A stretch of 24,000 nucleotides of DNA. Source: Alkalihalobacillus sp. LMS6. Its GTDB lineage: Bacteria > Bacillota > Bacilli > Bacillales > Bacillaceae_D. Each line of letters opens with the position of its first letter. The stretch's first letter is position 1. Below, piece after piece: positions 1-6,981 of the stretch. The notes beneath the pieces are model-generated. The model was not told where the DNA came from, made no database searches, and saw nothing but the letters and a program-made list of their open reading frames with translations. The stretch spans positions 2,331,564-2,355,563 of the forward strand of contig NZ_CP093302.1 of NCBI RefSeq assembly GCF_024362765.1. Direction: 5' to 3'. The position numbers and the translations under genes are program-made.

Positions 1-1376
1 ATTGCTTCCGACATGGTCGGGTGCGGATGAATCATGTCTCCTAATTCAACATGCGCAGCATCTAAATATTTCGCTAGTGCCGCTTCACTTATTAAATCCG
101 TTGCATGAGAGCCAATAATGTGAACACCAAGAACATCTTTCGTTTTCTCATCAGAAATCACTTTAACAAACCCTTCTTCTTCTCCTTGAACGAGCGCTTT
201 GCCGACTGCCGCAAATGGAAATGTTCCCACTTTAATTTGATAGCCTTGCTCTTTCGCATCACGCTCTGTCAATCCAACTTGAGCAGATTCGGGAAAGCTA
301 TAAATACAAGAAGGTACCATTGTTGGATTTAACGGTTCAACTGGCTCACGTGTCATATGAGCAACAGCAATGAGTCCTTCATGAGTAGCCACATGGGCAA
401 GTTGAAGCCCCCCAACACAGTCTCCAATCGCATAGATGTGGGATTCTTTCGTTTGACCGTATTCATTCACCTTTATGTAACCGCTTTCCAAAACAATGTC
501 TGTGTTCTCTAAGCCAATGTTTTTTACATTTGCTGATCGACCAATCGATACCATCATTTTGTCAACAGGAATCGATAAGGTTTCGTCTTGACACGAAACC
601 GAAACGGTCACGGAATGATCCTCTATTTTCAAGTCCGCTTCATTAAGCGTTGCTCGTGTATAGATGGTTACACCTCGATTTTGGAGCTGTTTCATCATTT
701 CCTTGGAAATATCTTTGTCAGCAGTTGGAAGAATTCGATCACCAGCTTCCACAATTGTTACTTCGACACCAAAATCAATGAGCATTGATGCCCACTCAAC
801 GCCAATCACACCTCCGCCAACTATGACGATCGATGAAGGCAACGCTTCAAAGTTTAACGCCTCTTCTGAACTGATTATTGATGATCCGTTAAATGATGTT
901 TGTGGTAAAGTTCTTGGAGAAGAGCCTGTTGCCAAAATAACGTTGGAGCCAATTAACATTTCATTTTCTCCGTCACCTAAGTCTACCGACACAGTGCCAG
1001 GTGTTGGCGAGAAAATGGATGGCCCTAGCAGCGTACCTCTTCCTTCGTATACATCAATTTTTCCTTTTTTCATTAATCCCTTTACACCCGTCGCTAAACG
1101 GTCAACAATGCTTTGCTTTCGTTCTTGAACTTTAGTGAAATCTAGCTCGGCCTTTCCAACCGTCACGCCAAATGAAGCAGCTTCCTTCGCTAAACGAAAA
1201 ACCTCTGCACTTCTAAGCAACGCTTTACTAGGGATACACCCTTTATGAAGGCATGTGCCTCCTAACAATTGTTCCTCAACAAGTGCTGTTTTTAACCCTG
1301 ATTGTGAGGCGCGGATGGCGGCTGCATAACCGCCTGTTCCGCCTCCCACGATCACGAGATCATAATTCTCTGCCAT
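1..1376 (-). CDS. lpdV: Dihydrolipoyl dehydrogenase (E3) of the branched-chain 2-oxoacid dehydrogenase complex. The C-terminal ~20 codons lie beyond the window start.
   Basis: My own translation from ATG 1376-1374 gives MAENYDLVIVGGGTGGYAAAIRASQSGLKTALVEEQLLGGTCLHKGCIP. This contains the FAD GxGxxG fingerprint and the redox-active CLxxGC disulfide. The frame stays open to base 1, where it reads ...AAHVELGDMIHPHPTMSEA (the E3 C-terminal HPT-SE motif). SD GGAGG lies 9 nt upstream. It is absent from the ORF track only because there is no stop codon in the window. Confidence 0.9.
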   Translation of the reverse strand, partial: MAENYDLVIVGGGTGGYAAAIRASQSGLKTALVEEQLLGGTCLHKGCIPSKALLRSAEVFRLAKEAASFGVTVGKAELDFTKVQERKQSIVDRLATGVKGLMKKGKIDVYEGRGTLLGPSIFSPTPGTVSVDLGDGENEMLIGSNVILATGSSPRTLPQTSFNGSSIISSEEALNFEALPSSIVIVGGGVIGVEWASMLIDFGVEVTIVEAGDRILPTADKDISKEMMKQLQNRGVTIYTRATLNEADLKIEDHSVTVSVSCQDETLSIPVDKMMVSIGRSANVKNIGLENTDIVLESGYIKVNEYGQTKESHIYAIGDCVGGLQLAHVATHEGLIAVAHMTREPVEPLNPTMVPSCIYSFPESAQVGLTERDAKEQGYQIKVGTFPFAAVGKALVQGEEEGFVKVISDEKTKDVLGVHIIGSHATDLISEAALAKYLDAAHVELGDMIHPHPTMSEA

Positions 1377-1391
1377 GGTTGTTTGCCTCCA

Positions 1392-2489
1392 TTATTTTTT
1401 ACGTGAAAGAATATGGTGTTCATTTTGTAAAAACGTGCCTCTTGCATAACGCATACGTTCAATTCGTTCCTCAGCCATCTTATCAGCTGCTTGAGACGTT
1501 GGGATTTGTTTCGCTTTAGCAATTTCAAATACACGAGAGACATTGTCGTAAATGCCTTCTACTTTTTTAAATGCACGATCACGATTGTATCCATTTAATT
1601 CGTCGGCAACATTGATGACGCCTCCAGCATTAATCACGTAATCTGGCGCGTACGCAATGCCCATTTCTTGAAGAAGGTGGCCGTGACGCTCTTCTTTTAA
1701 CTGGTTGTTTGCGGCTCCAGCAATTACTTTTGCTGTTAATTTCGAAAGCGTTTCATCATTAATGACGCCTCCTAAAGCACACGGTGCAAAAATGTCGCAA
1801 TCTTGCTCGTAAATATCATCAGGATCAACTGCTTTAGCACCAAACTCTGCGACAGCTTTTTCAACGGATGGTTTATAGATGTCTGTCACAATTAATTGCG
1901 CGCCTTCTTCGTGTAAATACTTACATAAATTATACGATACATTTCCAACACCTTGAACAGCAATTGTTTTACCCGCTAAGTCTTCCGTACCTAGTCCTGC
2001 TTTAGCCGCGGCTTTCATTCCGACATACACACCATAAGCAGTCACAGGCGAAGGGTTTCCTGAAGCACCAAAAGCAGGTGAAATCCCTGTAACATAATCG
2101 GTTTCATCATGAATTGTGTCCATATCTTCAACGGTCGTACCGACATCTTCTGCCGTAATATAGCGGCCATTCAAGCCTTGTATGTAGCGTCCGAACGCTC
2201 GAAACATTTCTGGATTTTTATCTGTTCGTGCATCACCAATAATTACGGCTTTTCCGCCACCTAGATTTAATCCTGCGGCAGCATTTTTATACGTCATCCC
2301 TCTTGAAAGACGTAAAACATCCTCAAAAGCTTCTTCTTCAGTTTTATAATTCCACATTCTTGTGCCTCCAAGTGCTGGCCCAAGCGTCGTATCATGAATG
2401 GCAATAATCGCTTTTAATCCTGACGTTTGATCTTGGCAAATCACAAGTTGTTCATAATCTTTTTCCTGCATCTTTGTAAATAAGTTCAT
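1392..2489 (-). CDS. bcd: Leucine (branched-chain amino acid) dehydrogenase, 365 aa
   Basis: The ORF 1392..2564 was trimmed to ATG 2489 ([16 protein letters not shown]...), which is preceded by SD AGGGGGA. The Glu/Leu/Phe/Val dehydrogenase signature is present ([23 protein letters not shown] fold AVQGVGNV). The upstream 25 codons of the track ORF overlap the sigma-54 promoter and are not coding. Confidence 0.93.
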   Translation of the reverse strand: MNLFTKMQEKDYEQLVICQDQTSGLKAIIAIHDTTLGPALGGTRMWNYKTEEEAFEDVLRLSRGMTYKNAAAGLNLGGGKAVIIGDARTDKNPEMFRAFGRYIQGLNGRYITAEDVGTTVEDMDTIHDETDYVTGISPAFGASGNPSPVTAYGVYVGMKAAAKAGLGTEDLAGKTIAVQGVGNVSYNLCKYLHEEGAQLIVTDIYKPSVEKAVAEFGAKAVDPDDIYEQDCDIFAPCALGGVINDETLSKLTAKVIAGAANNQLKEERHGHLLQEMGIAYAPDYVINAGGVINVADELNGYNRDRAFKKVEGIYDNVSRVFEIAKAKQIPTSQAADKMAEERIERMRYARGTFLQNEHHILSRKK

Positions 2490-2547
2490 TTTAAATCCCC
2501 CTATAAGAATTCTAGCTAGTCTTAGACATGGTTTCTTTCTCTTTTCA

Positions 2548-2563
2548 TGCAAAAACAATGCCA
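2548..2563 (-). promoter_or_regulatory. Sigma-54 (SigL) -24/-12 promoter of the bcd-lpdV operon
   Basis: The minus strand reads TGGCAT-TGTTT-TTGCA, with GG-N10-GC spacing exactly as in the consensus TGGCAC-N5-TTGCA. It lies about 58 nt upstream of the bcd ATG and directly downstream of the sigma-54 activator gene bkdR. Confidence 0.75.
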
Positions 2564-2603
2564 ACTATTAATCTTAAGGAATAAGGTTTTCCACACCTTC
2601 ATT

Positions 2604-2643
2604 GTGCAAATTCTTGCACTCCCCTGAAAAATATTGCATGCAA
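2604..2643. promoter_or_regulatory. Two short perfect palindromes, candidate BkdR upstream activating sites (alternatively weak bkdR terminator hairpins)
   Basis: GTGCAA-attc-TTGCAC lies at 2604..2619 and TTGCATGCAA at 2634..2643. They share the TTGCA(C/T) half-site and sit 40-95 bp upstream of the -24 element. The assignment to BkdR is inference. Confidence 0.4.
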
Positions 2644-2645
2644 CA

Positions 2646-4619
2646 TCATTCAATCTTATGTTTTTCTAATTTATAATATAATGAGCGAACAGAAATGCCA
2701 AGCCGCTTTGCCGCTTCCGTTTTTACATAATCAACTCGTTCTAACGTTTGTAAAAGAAATGAGCGCTCTTTTTCTGCCAAAAAATGGTCAAGCGTCTCGG
2801 CTTCTACATTCGACTGTAGTCCCTGCTCAATCTCATCTTGCGACTCATTCGGCTCTGTAAGCGCGACTGTTTCAATTTCAGTTTCACCTAAGTTTTTGTA
2901 AATCATTTCACGCGCTAATACATTTTCAAGTTCACGAATGTTCCCAGGCCATGGATAGTGTTGCAATTGGTTGAGCGCTTCATGGCTAATTCTTCTTATA
3001 TTACGACCGTAATCTTCGTTAATTTTCTCTATTAAGCTTAACGATATGGTTGGAATATCCTCTGAGCGCTCTCGTAGAGGCGGAATATAAATAGGTAATG
3101 TATTTAAGCGGTAGTATAAATCTTCTCGAAATTGCTTTGTAGATAATAAAACTTGTAAATTTACATTTGTCGCCGCTATTACCCGAGCTTTTATTTTTAC
3201 TGGCTTTGTTCCTCCAACTCGTACCACTTCATTTTCTTGCAACACGCGTAAGAGCTTTGCTTGGGTTTGAAGAGACATTTCTCCGACTTCATCAAGGAAA
3301 ATGCTGCCTTCACCAGCTTCTTCAAACAACCCTTTTTTTCCTGTTCTTAATGCGCCAGAGAAAGCACCTTGTTCATAGCCAAATAACTCGCTTTCCAGTA
3401 AGGACTCCGTTAAAGCCGCGCAATTTACACGGACAAACGGTTTATCCCTTCGTTTACTTTCATGATGAATCGCATGTGCAAACAATTCTTTTCCGGTACC
3501 AGTTTCACCTAGAAGTAAAATAGGCAAGGCTGTATTAGCTCCTAATTTCGCTTGTGCAATCGCGTGCTGAATGCCGCTTGATTGACCGAGTATATCTTGA
3601 AAAGAATATCGTGCTTCTAGACTCGCGATTTTTTTCTTTGCTTGCTTTAGTTCACCCATGAGCAGATTTAACTCTGATACATCGTGAATAATACCGATGC
3701 TACCTTTTAACTTTTTATCTACAACTACAGGTGCCACATTTACGATTACATCCCGTTTATTCGGTCCTAATTTCAAACGAGCACCTCGCACTGGCCTTTG
3801 GGTTTGTAACACTTGCATATGGATACTTTCACCTTCAGAGATGTCCGTTGTTGCAGGCTTCCCAATTACTTGATCTTCCGTTAAACCTGTTATTTTTTTG
3901 TAAGCAGGATTTATTAACAAACCTACGCCATATTCATCAACCACAGAAATGGCATCATTTGAAGAGTTTATGATCGCTTCAAGCATTTCTCTCATCCGGT
4001 TTAAATCTGTTATTTGCTCAGCCATTTGTTTTGCTTCTGTGACATCTTTAAAGACAGCAATTGCACCAGTAATGAGTCCATTTGCGTGCAAAGGTATACG
4101 GGTCGTGACAATTTTAGTACCATTCATAAAGGTCTGCAGTTGATTGTGTTCGGCTTGCCCGGTTTCAATCACTCTTGGCAAACCGCTATTTGGTAATAAC
4201 GTTTGGATTTGCATCCCCATACTTTCTTGTTGTTGAACATCTGCCATCTTAGCAGCAGAGTCATTAAGATACAGTACAGTATTGTCTGTCCGAACGATAA
4301 GAACCCCATCATCAATGGAATCAATGGCTTTATGCATAAAAGTTTGTTTATCAAGCTCATTACTAATGACAGACCATGCGTCCTCATACGTCATAATGAG
4401 CTGATTCGATTGATGCGAGTTACTTGCCTGCAAGACCGTGTCATAATGATGAGTTTGAGGAATTGTATCAATTAAAGCAATCTGATGGTCCAGAGCTAAC
4501 GATTGCGTTTCCTGGTTTTCAGAACAAATGGCAGATACTGAAAACATGGGCATATGAATTAAACATCTTAATAAGGCAAATGCATCAGGACCGTCATCAA
4601 TAAACAGGATTTTTTCCAT
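2646..4619 (-). CDS. bkdR: Sigma-54-dependent transcriptional activator of the bkd operon (PAS-PAS-AAA+-HTH), 657 aa
   Basis: The translation contains Walker [16 protein letters not shown], the sigma-54 contact loop GAFSGA (GAFTGA type), Walker [10 protein letters not shown] and a C-terminal Fis-type [22 protein letters not shown]. Two PAS-like segments precede the AAA+ core. It is adjacent to a sigma-54 promoter. Confidence 0.9.
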   Translation of the reverse strand: MEKILFIDDGPDAFALLRCLIHMPMFSVSAICSENQETQSLALDHQIALIDTIPQTHHYDTVLQASNSHQSNQLIMTYEDAWSVISNELDKQTFMHKAIDSIDDGVLIVRTDNTVLYLNDSAAKMADVQQQESMGMQIQTLLPNSGLPRVIETGQAEHNQLQTFMNGTKIVTTRIPLHANGLITGAIAVFKDVTEAKQMAEQITDLNRMREMLEAIINSSNDAISVVDEYGVGLLINPAYKKITGLTEDQVIGKPATTDISEGESIHMQVLQTQRPVRGARLKLGPNKRDVIVNVAPVVVDKKLKGSIGIIHDVSELNLLMGELKQAKKKIASLEARYSFQDILGQSSGIQHAIAQAKLGANTALPILLLGETGTGKELFAHAIHHESKRRDKPFVRVNCAALTESLLESELFGYEQGAFSGALRTGKKGLFEEAGEGSIFLDEVGEMSLQTQAKLLRVLQENEVVRVGGTKPVKIKARVIAATNVNLQVLLSTKQFREDLYYRLNTLPIYIPPLRERSEDIPTISLSLIEKINEDYGRNIRRISHEALNQLQHYPWPGNIRELENVLAREMIYKNLGETEIETVALTEPNESQDEIEQGLQSNVEAETLDHFLAEKERSFLLQTLERVDYVKTEAAKRLGISVRSLYYKLEKHKIE

Positions 4620-4673
4620 CTCGCACCTCTAAATTTTTAGTAGTTGGTCATAAATGCTGCTGCCATTCTTTTT

Positions 4674-4702
4674 AGTATCGTACAATTAACAAGCTTATGC
4701 AA
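4674..4702 (-). promoter_or_regulatory. Candidate SigA promoter for bkdR
   Basis: The minus strand reads TTGCAT-17 nt-GATACT. This is a motif match only. Confidence 0.3.
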
Positions 4703-4710
4703 GATTAAAC

Positions 4711-4740
4711 TTGTCCAGAAAGGTTTTTTTAGTCTACAAT
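4711..4740 (+). promoter_or_regulatory. Candidate SigA promoter for yqzF
   Basis: TTGTCC (4711-4716), an 18-nt spacer, then TACAAT (4735-4740), about 33 nt upstream of ATG 4774. Confidence 0.4.
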
Positions 4741-4773
4741 AGATGTGGAGTATGTTCAAGAAAGGACTGTTCT

Positions 4774-5022
4774 ATGGGCAGAATAATTGCTTTATTCATT
4801 GTACTTATCCCGATTGTTGGTGCTGGCTACGGTATTAAATTAATGCGAGACGCATTCTTTCTCGTTGAGCTTTTTCCTTACCCTACTTTATGGGTTCAAT
4901 TTATCGCTGGTCTTCTTTTCTTTCTTATTGGATTAGGATTAATGGCAGGATTTATATTCCATAGAGATAAAAAACGAGGCAAAGTTTCTGAAACCTTTTT
5001 AAAAAATGATCAACAGCTATAG
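4774..5022 (+). CDS. yqzF: Small two-TM membrane protein, YqzF/DUF2627-like, 82 aa
   Basis: The track ORF 4711..5022 was trimmed to ATG 4774 (MGRIIALFIVLIPIVGAGYGIKLMRD...), with SD AAAGGA upstream. It has two hydrophobic helices and a basic tail (HRDKKRGK). From memory it resembles B. subtilis YqzF, which also neighbours bkdR. It is the only plus-strand gene in the window. Confidence 0.7.
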   Translation: MGRIIALFIVLIPIVGAGYGIKLMRDAFFLVELFPYPTLWVQFIAGLLFFLIGLGLMAGFIFHRDKKRGKVSETFLKNDQQL

Positions 5023-5046
5023 AGTTAAAGCTCTACAGCTGTTTTT
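5014..5046. terminator. Shared (bidirectional) hairpin terminator between the convergent yqzF and membrane-protein genes
   Basis: The stem is CAGCTATAGAG (5014-5024) paired with CTCTACAGCTG (5031-5041), with one mismatch. It is followed by TTTTTATTTT on the plus strand. On the minus strand a T6 run begins 7 nt after the stem. Confidence 0.6.
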
Positions 5047-5797
5047 ATTTTGCGATATCGGTTTGCTTAAGCCACTTTCCGATCGCTATCTTCATAAGTG
5101 GCCAAAAGATAAAAACGGTTAATCCGGCTAGTCCTAAAATAAGAAACATGATTTGCACAGGTTCTTCAGGAACCGCTACAGCCCAGAAAGCGATAATTGC
5201 GCCAAGTACAAAGGAACCATTAAACCCATAGCTTGCTTGATCTTCTACTTCAAGCACGATGGCAATATAAATGATTGTCAATAAGTAAAGCACATCAATA
5301 AAGGTTGGGGTCACAATAAAAAAACAACCAATAACCGCTAAAACAATGAAATACATCATTAAGCGATACGGGACTTTATTTGCAAAGTAAGCCGAAATAG
5401 GAAACACTAGAAAAAGCAAACTAACAATGAAAAATGACTTCCCCTCACCTGAAGCTAACAAATAGGAAAAAAAACCTAGTGCGAGCAAATAACTAACGAT
5501 TACGCCATTTTTTAAGATGGCTTGTTTAACCGTTTTTAAGTAAAACTTTTTTTGACTGACATCAAGATAAAAGCCTAACGCCCAAGAGACCATCATGTAG
5601 CCCATTGCGATATAAGAAAAGAAAAAATGTCGGCCGACTAACAAAGAACTTAACGCAAGATACGCGTATAGAATAAATGCCCCTAAACTAAACGGGACTG
5701 CATAAGGCTTTTTATGTTCATGCCAGCGCATATCATGAAAGCCATACATCAGAGCTACCGCAATAATTGGCAGCGATAAAAATAAAACAGGAATCAT
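5045..5797 (-). CDS. Hypothetical polytopic integral membrane protein (~8 hydrophobic segments), 250 aa, with no family recognised
   Basis: A complete ORF with an ATG start. The composition is strongly hydrophobic with periodic charged loops (MIPVLFLSLPIIAVALMYGF...). It has its own promoter-like element upstream and a hairpin downstream. I recognise no catalytic or transporter motif. Confidence 0.75.
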   Translation of the reverse strand: MIPVLFLSLPIIAVALMYGFHDMRWHEHKKPYAVPFSLGAFILYAYLALSSLLVGRHFFFSYIAMGYMMVSWALGFYLDVSQKKFYLKTVKQAILKNGVIVSYLLALGFFSYLLASGEGKSFFIVSLLFLVFPISAYFANKVPYRLMMYFIVLAVIGCFFIVTPTFIDVLYLLTIIYIAIVLEVEDQASYGFNGSFVLGAIIAFWAVAVPEEPVQIMFLILGLAGLTVFIFWPLMKIAIGKWLKQTDIAK

Positions 5798-5820
5798 CGT
5801 TTCATCACCAACATCTTTTA

Positions 5821-5882
5821 TTGTTTATCCACGTTTAAACGCTAAAGATTGAAAAGGGTCATCTTTAGTATGAGATAAACAA
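5821..5882. repeat. Nested inverted repeat (62 bp) in the spo0A-downstream intergenic region
   Basis: The outer arms are TTGTTTATC (5821-5829) and GATAAACAA (5874-5882). The inner arms are CTAAAGAT (5842-5849) and ATCTTTAG (5861-5868). A 10-bp perfect palindrome CGTTTAAACG lies at 5832-5841. Confidence 0.6.
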
Positions 5883-5895
5883 TCAAATCCATTCA
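5866..5895 (-). promoter_or_regulatory. Forespore-type (SigG/SigF class) promoter for the 250-aa membrane protein gene
   Basis: The minus strand reads TGAATG (5895-5890), a 17-nt spacer, then CATACTA (5872-5866). The textbook SigG consensus is TGAATA-17/18-CATACTA, so the match is 12/13. It lies about 68 nt upstream of ATG 5797. Confidence 0.6.
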
Positions 5896-5933
5896 AAAAA
5901 AGAGTAAACATGCTTCACCATGTTTACTCTTTT
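5894..5933 (-). terminator. Rho-independent terminator of spo0A
   Basis: On the minus strand, a 12-bp perfect stem AGAGTAAACATG / CATGTTTACTCT (5919-5930 / 5901-5912) with a 6-nt loop, followed by T7. It starts 5 nt after the spo0A stop codon. Confidence 0.88.
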
Positions 5934-5937
5934 CTAC

Positions 5938-6729
5938 TTAACTTACTTTATGCTCAATGCGTAGCTTATCCGCAACCATTGCAATAAATTCTGAATTGGT
6001 CGGCTTTGCTTTTGAATGACTGACTGTATAACCAAATAAGTTCGAGATGGAATCAATATTCCCTCTGCTCCATGCCACTTCAATCGCATGACGAATTGCT
6101 CGTTCAACGCGACTTGCCGTAGTGTTGAATTTCTTCGCAATATCTGGATACAGTACTTTTGTGATGGAACCTAACAATTCAATGTCTTTGTAAACCATTG
6201 TAATCGCTTCTCTTAAGTACATATAACCTTTAATATGCGCTGGGACACCAATTTCATGAATAATGCTTGTAATGCTCGCATCAAGATTAATTTGTTTTCC
6301 TTCTTTTCTTGGTACTGATGCAAAAGACATTGACGTCGTTTTCGGTACACGAACTTGTTGATTGCCAGCAATTTCTCGAATTTTAGACATGAGCGCTTCC
6401 ATATCAAACGGTTTCAAGACATAGTAAGCGGCACCAAAATCAACTGCTCGCTTCGTTACATCCTCTTGACCGAAAGCTGTTAACATCACAATTTGCGGGC
6501 GATTACTTTTTTGACTTAAACGTTCTAACACAGCTAATCCGTCTAAATGCGGCATAATAATATCTAATAGCAGCACATCTGGCTCTTTTTCTTCAACTAA
6601 ACTTAAACATTCTTGTCCATTAAAAGCGGTTCCGACTACTTCCATATCCGGTTGCGCACCTACGTATTCACTCAATAAATGCACTAATTCTCTGTTATCA
6701 TCAGCGATACAAACGTTAATTTGACTCAT
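5938..6729 (-). CDS. spo0A: Master sporulation response regulator Spo0A, 263 aa
   Basis: The track ORF was trimmed to ATG 6729 ([16 protein letters not shown]...), with SD GGGGGAA upstream. It has a receiver domain with [12 protein letters not shown]. The Spo0A-specific C-terminal domain reads [24 protein letters not shown] and ends ...[17 protein letters not shown]. Confidence 0.97.
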   Translation of the reverse strand: MSQINVCIADDNRELVHLLSEYVGAQPDMEVVGTAFNGQECLSLVEEKEPDVLLLDIIMPHLDGLAVLERLSQKSNRPQIVMLTAFGQEDVTKRAVDFGAAYYVLKPFDMEALMSKIREIAGNQQVRVPKTTSMSFASVPRKEGKQINLDASITSIIHEIGVPAHIKGYMYLREAITMVYKDIELLGSITKVLYPDIAKKFNTTASRVERAIRHAIEVAWSRGNIDSISNLFGYTVSHSKAKPTNSEFIAMVADKLRIEHKVS

Positions 6730-6764
6730 TATGTTTTCCCCCAGTTCCTTTTGTTGTATGTAAC

Positions 6765-6793
6765 CGATTCGACAAAGATGCAAACAATCCTTT
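6765..6793 (-). promoter_or_regulatory. Candidate SigH-dependent sporulation promoter (Ps) of spo0A, overlapped by a consensus 0A box
   Basis: The minus strand reads AAAGGATTG-11 nt-GTCGAATCG, against the SigH consensus RNAGGAWWW-N11/12-RNNGAATWW. The -10 region contains TGTCGAA (6774-6768), a perfect Spo0A box. Confidence 0.5.
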
Positions 6794-6815
6794 TAAATAA
6801 TTCATTTAGAATTTA

Positions 6816-6824
6816 ATTATAGCA
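6816..6824 (-). promoter_or_regulatory. Extended -10 element (TGCTATAAT), candidate vegetative spo0A promoter
   Basis: A perfect TGnTATAAT on the minus strand between the two 0A boxes. No good -35 is present. Confidence 0.35.
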
Positions 6825-6856
6825 AATCCTACTTTTTTCTAGTGTTTCTTATGGTT

Positions 6857-6863
6857 TTCGACA
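6857..6863 (-). promoter_or_regulatory. Second perfect Spo0A box (TGTCGAA) in the spo0A upstream region
   Basis: The minus strand reads GTTGTCGAAAACC. A third, 6/7 box (TGGCGAT) lies in the opposite orientation at 6913-6919. Confidence 0.5.
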
Positions 6864-6886
6864 ACTTTTCTATGTCACTTTTCTTT

Positions 6887-6895
6887 AATATACCA
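6887..6895 (-). promoter_or_regulatory. Extended -10 element (TGGTATATT), alternative candidate vegetative spo0A promoter (Pv)
   Basis: A TGnTATATT on the minus strand, upstream of both same-orientation 0A boxes and just downstream of the spoIVB terminator. Confidence 0.3.
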
Positions 6896-6938
6896 TATCG
6901 CAATGAAGGATGTGGCGATTCTTGAAAGACTTTTATGT

Positions 6939-6981
6939 AAAAAAAATCAAGCAAAGCTGAGATTAACTCGCTTTAGCTTGA
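6939..6981 (-). terminator. Rho-independent terminator of spoIVB (the hairpin spans the stop codon)
   Basis: On the minus strand, TCAAGCTAAAGC (6981-6970), a 12-nt loop, then GCTTTGCTTGA (6957-6947) with a one-base bulge, followed by T8 (6946-6939). Confidence 0.8.

Noticed and set aside
664-1128. Plus-strand ORFs of 60-154 aa (for example 664..1128, 3167..3523, 7032..7304, 11242..11538, 14573..14800, 21218..21493) that lie antisense to the minus-strand genes
   Set aside because: Each lies entirely within a well-supported minus-strand gene with clear family motifs. They lack SD sequences. Their translations are low-complexity or Ser/Pro/Leu-rich, typical of shadow frames. No independent signal supports them.
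2490-2564. N-terminal extensions in the ORF track. Examples are bcd 390 aa, spo0A 281 aa, dxs 633 aa, accB 178 aa, spoIIIAH 202 aa, xseA 462 aa, nusB 142 aa, the acidic orphan 147 aa and yqzF 103 aa.
   Set aside because: In every case an internal ATG or GTG has a properly spaced SD and aligns with the remembered ortholog N-terminus. The extension runs through promoter, SD or upstream-gene sequence. For example, the bcd extension starts inside the sigma-54 promoter TGGCAT.
2620-2640. CodY-box-like half site (ATTTTTCAG) near the bkd sigma-54 promoter and AAATTTTTAG at about 4631 upstream of bkdR
   Set aside because: Each matches only about 10 of 15 positions of AATTTTCWGAAAATT, and the right half is poor. 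This is indistinguishable from background in AT-rich spacers.
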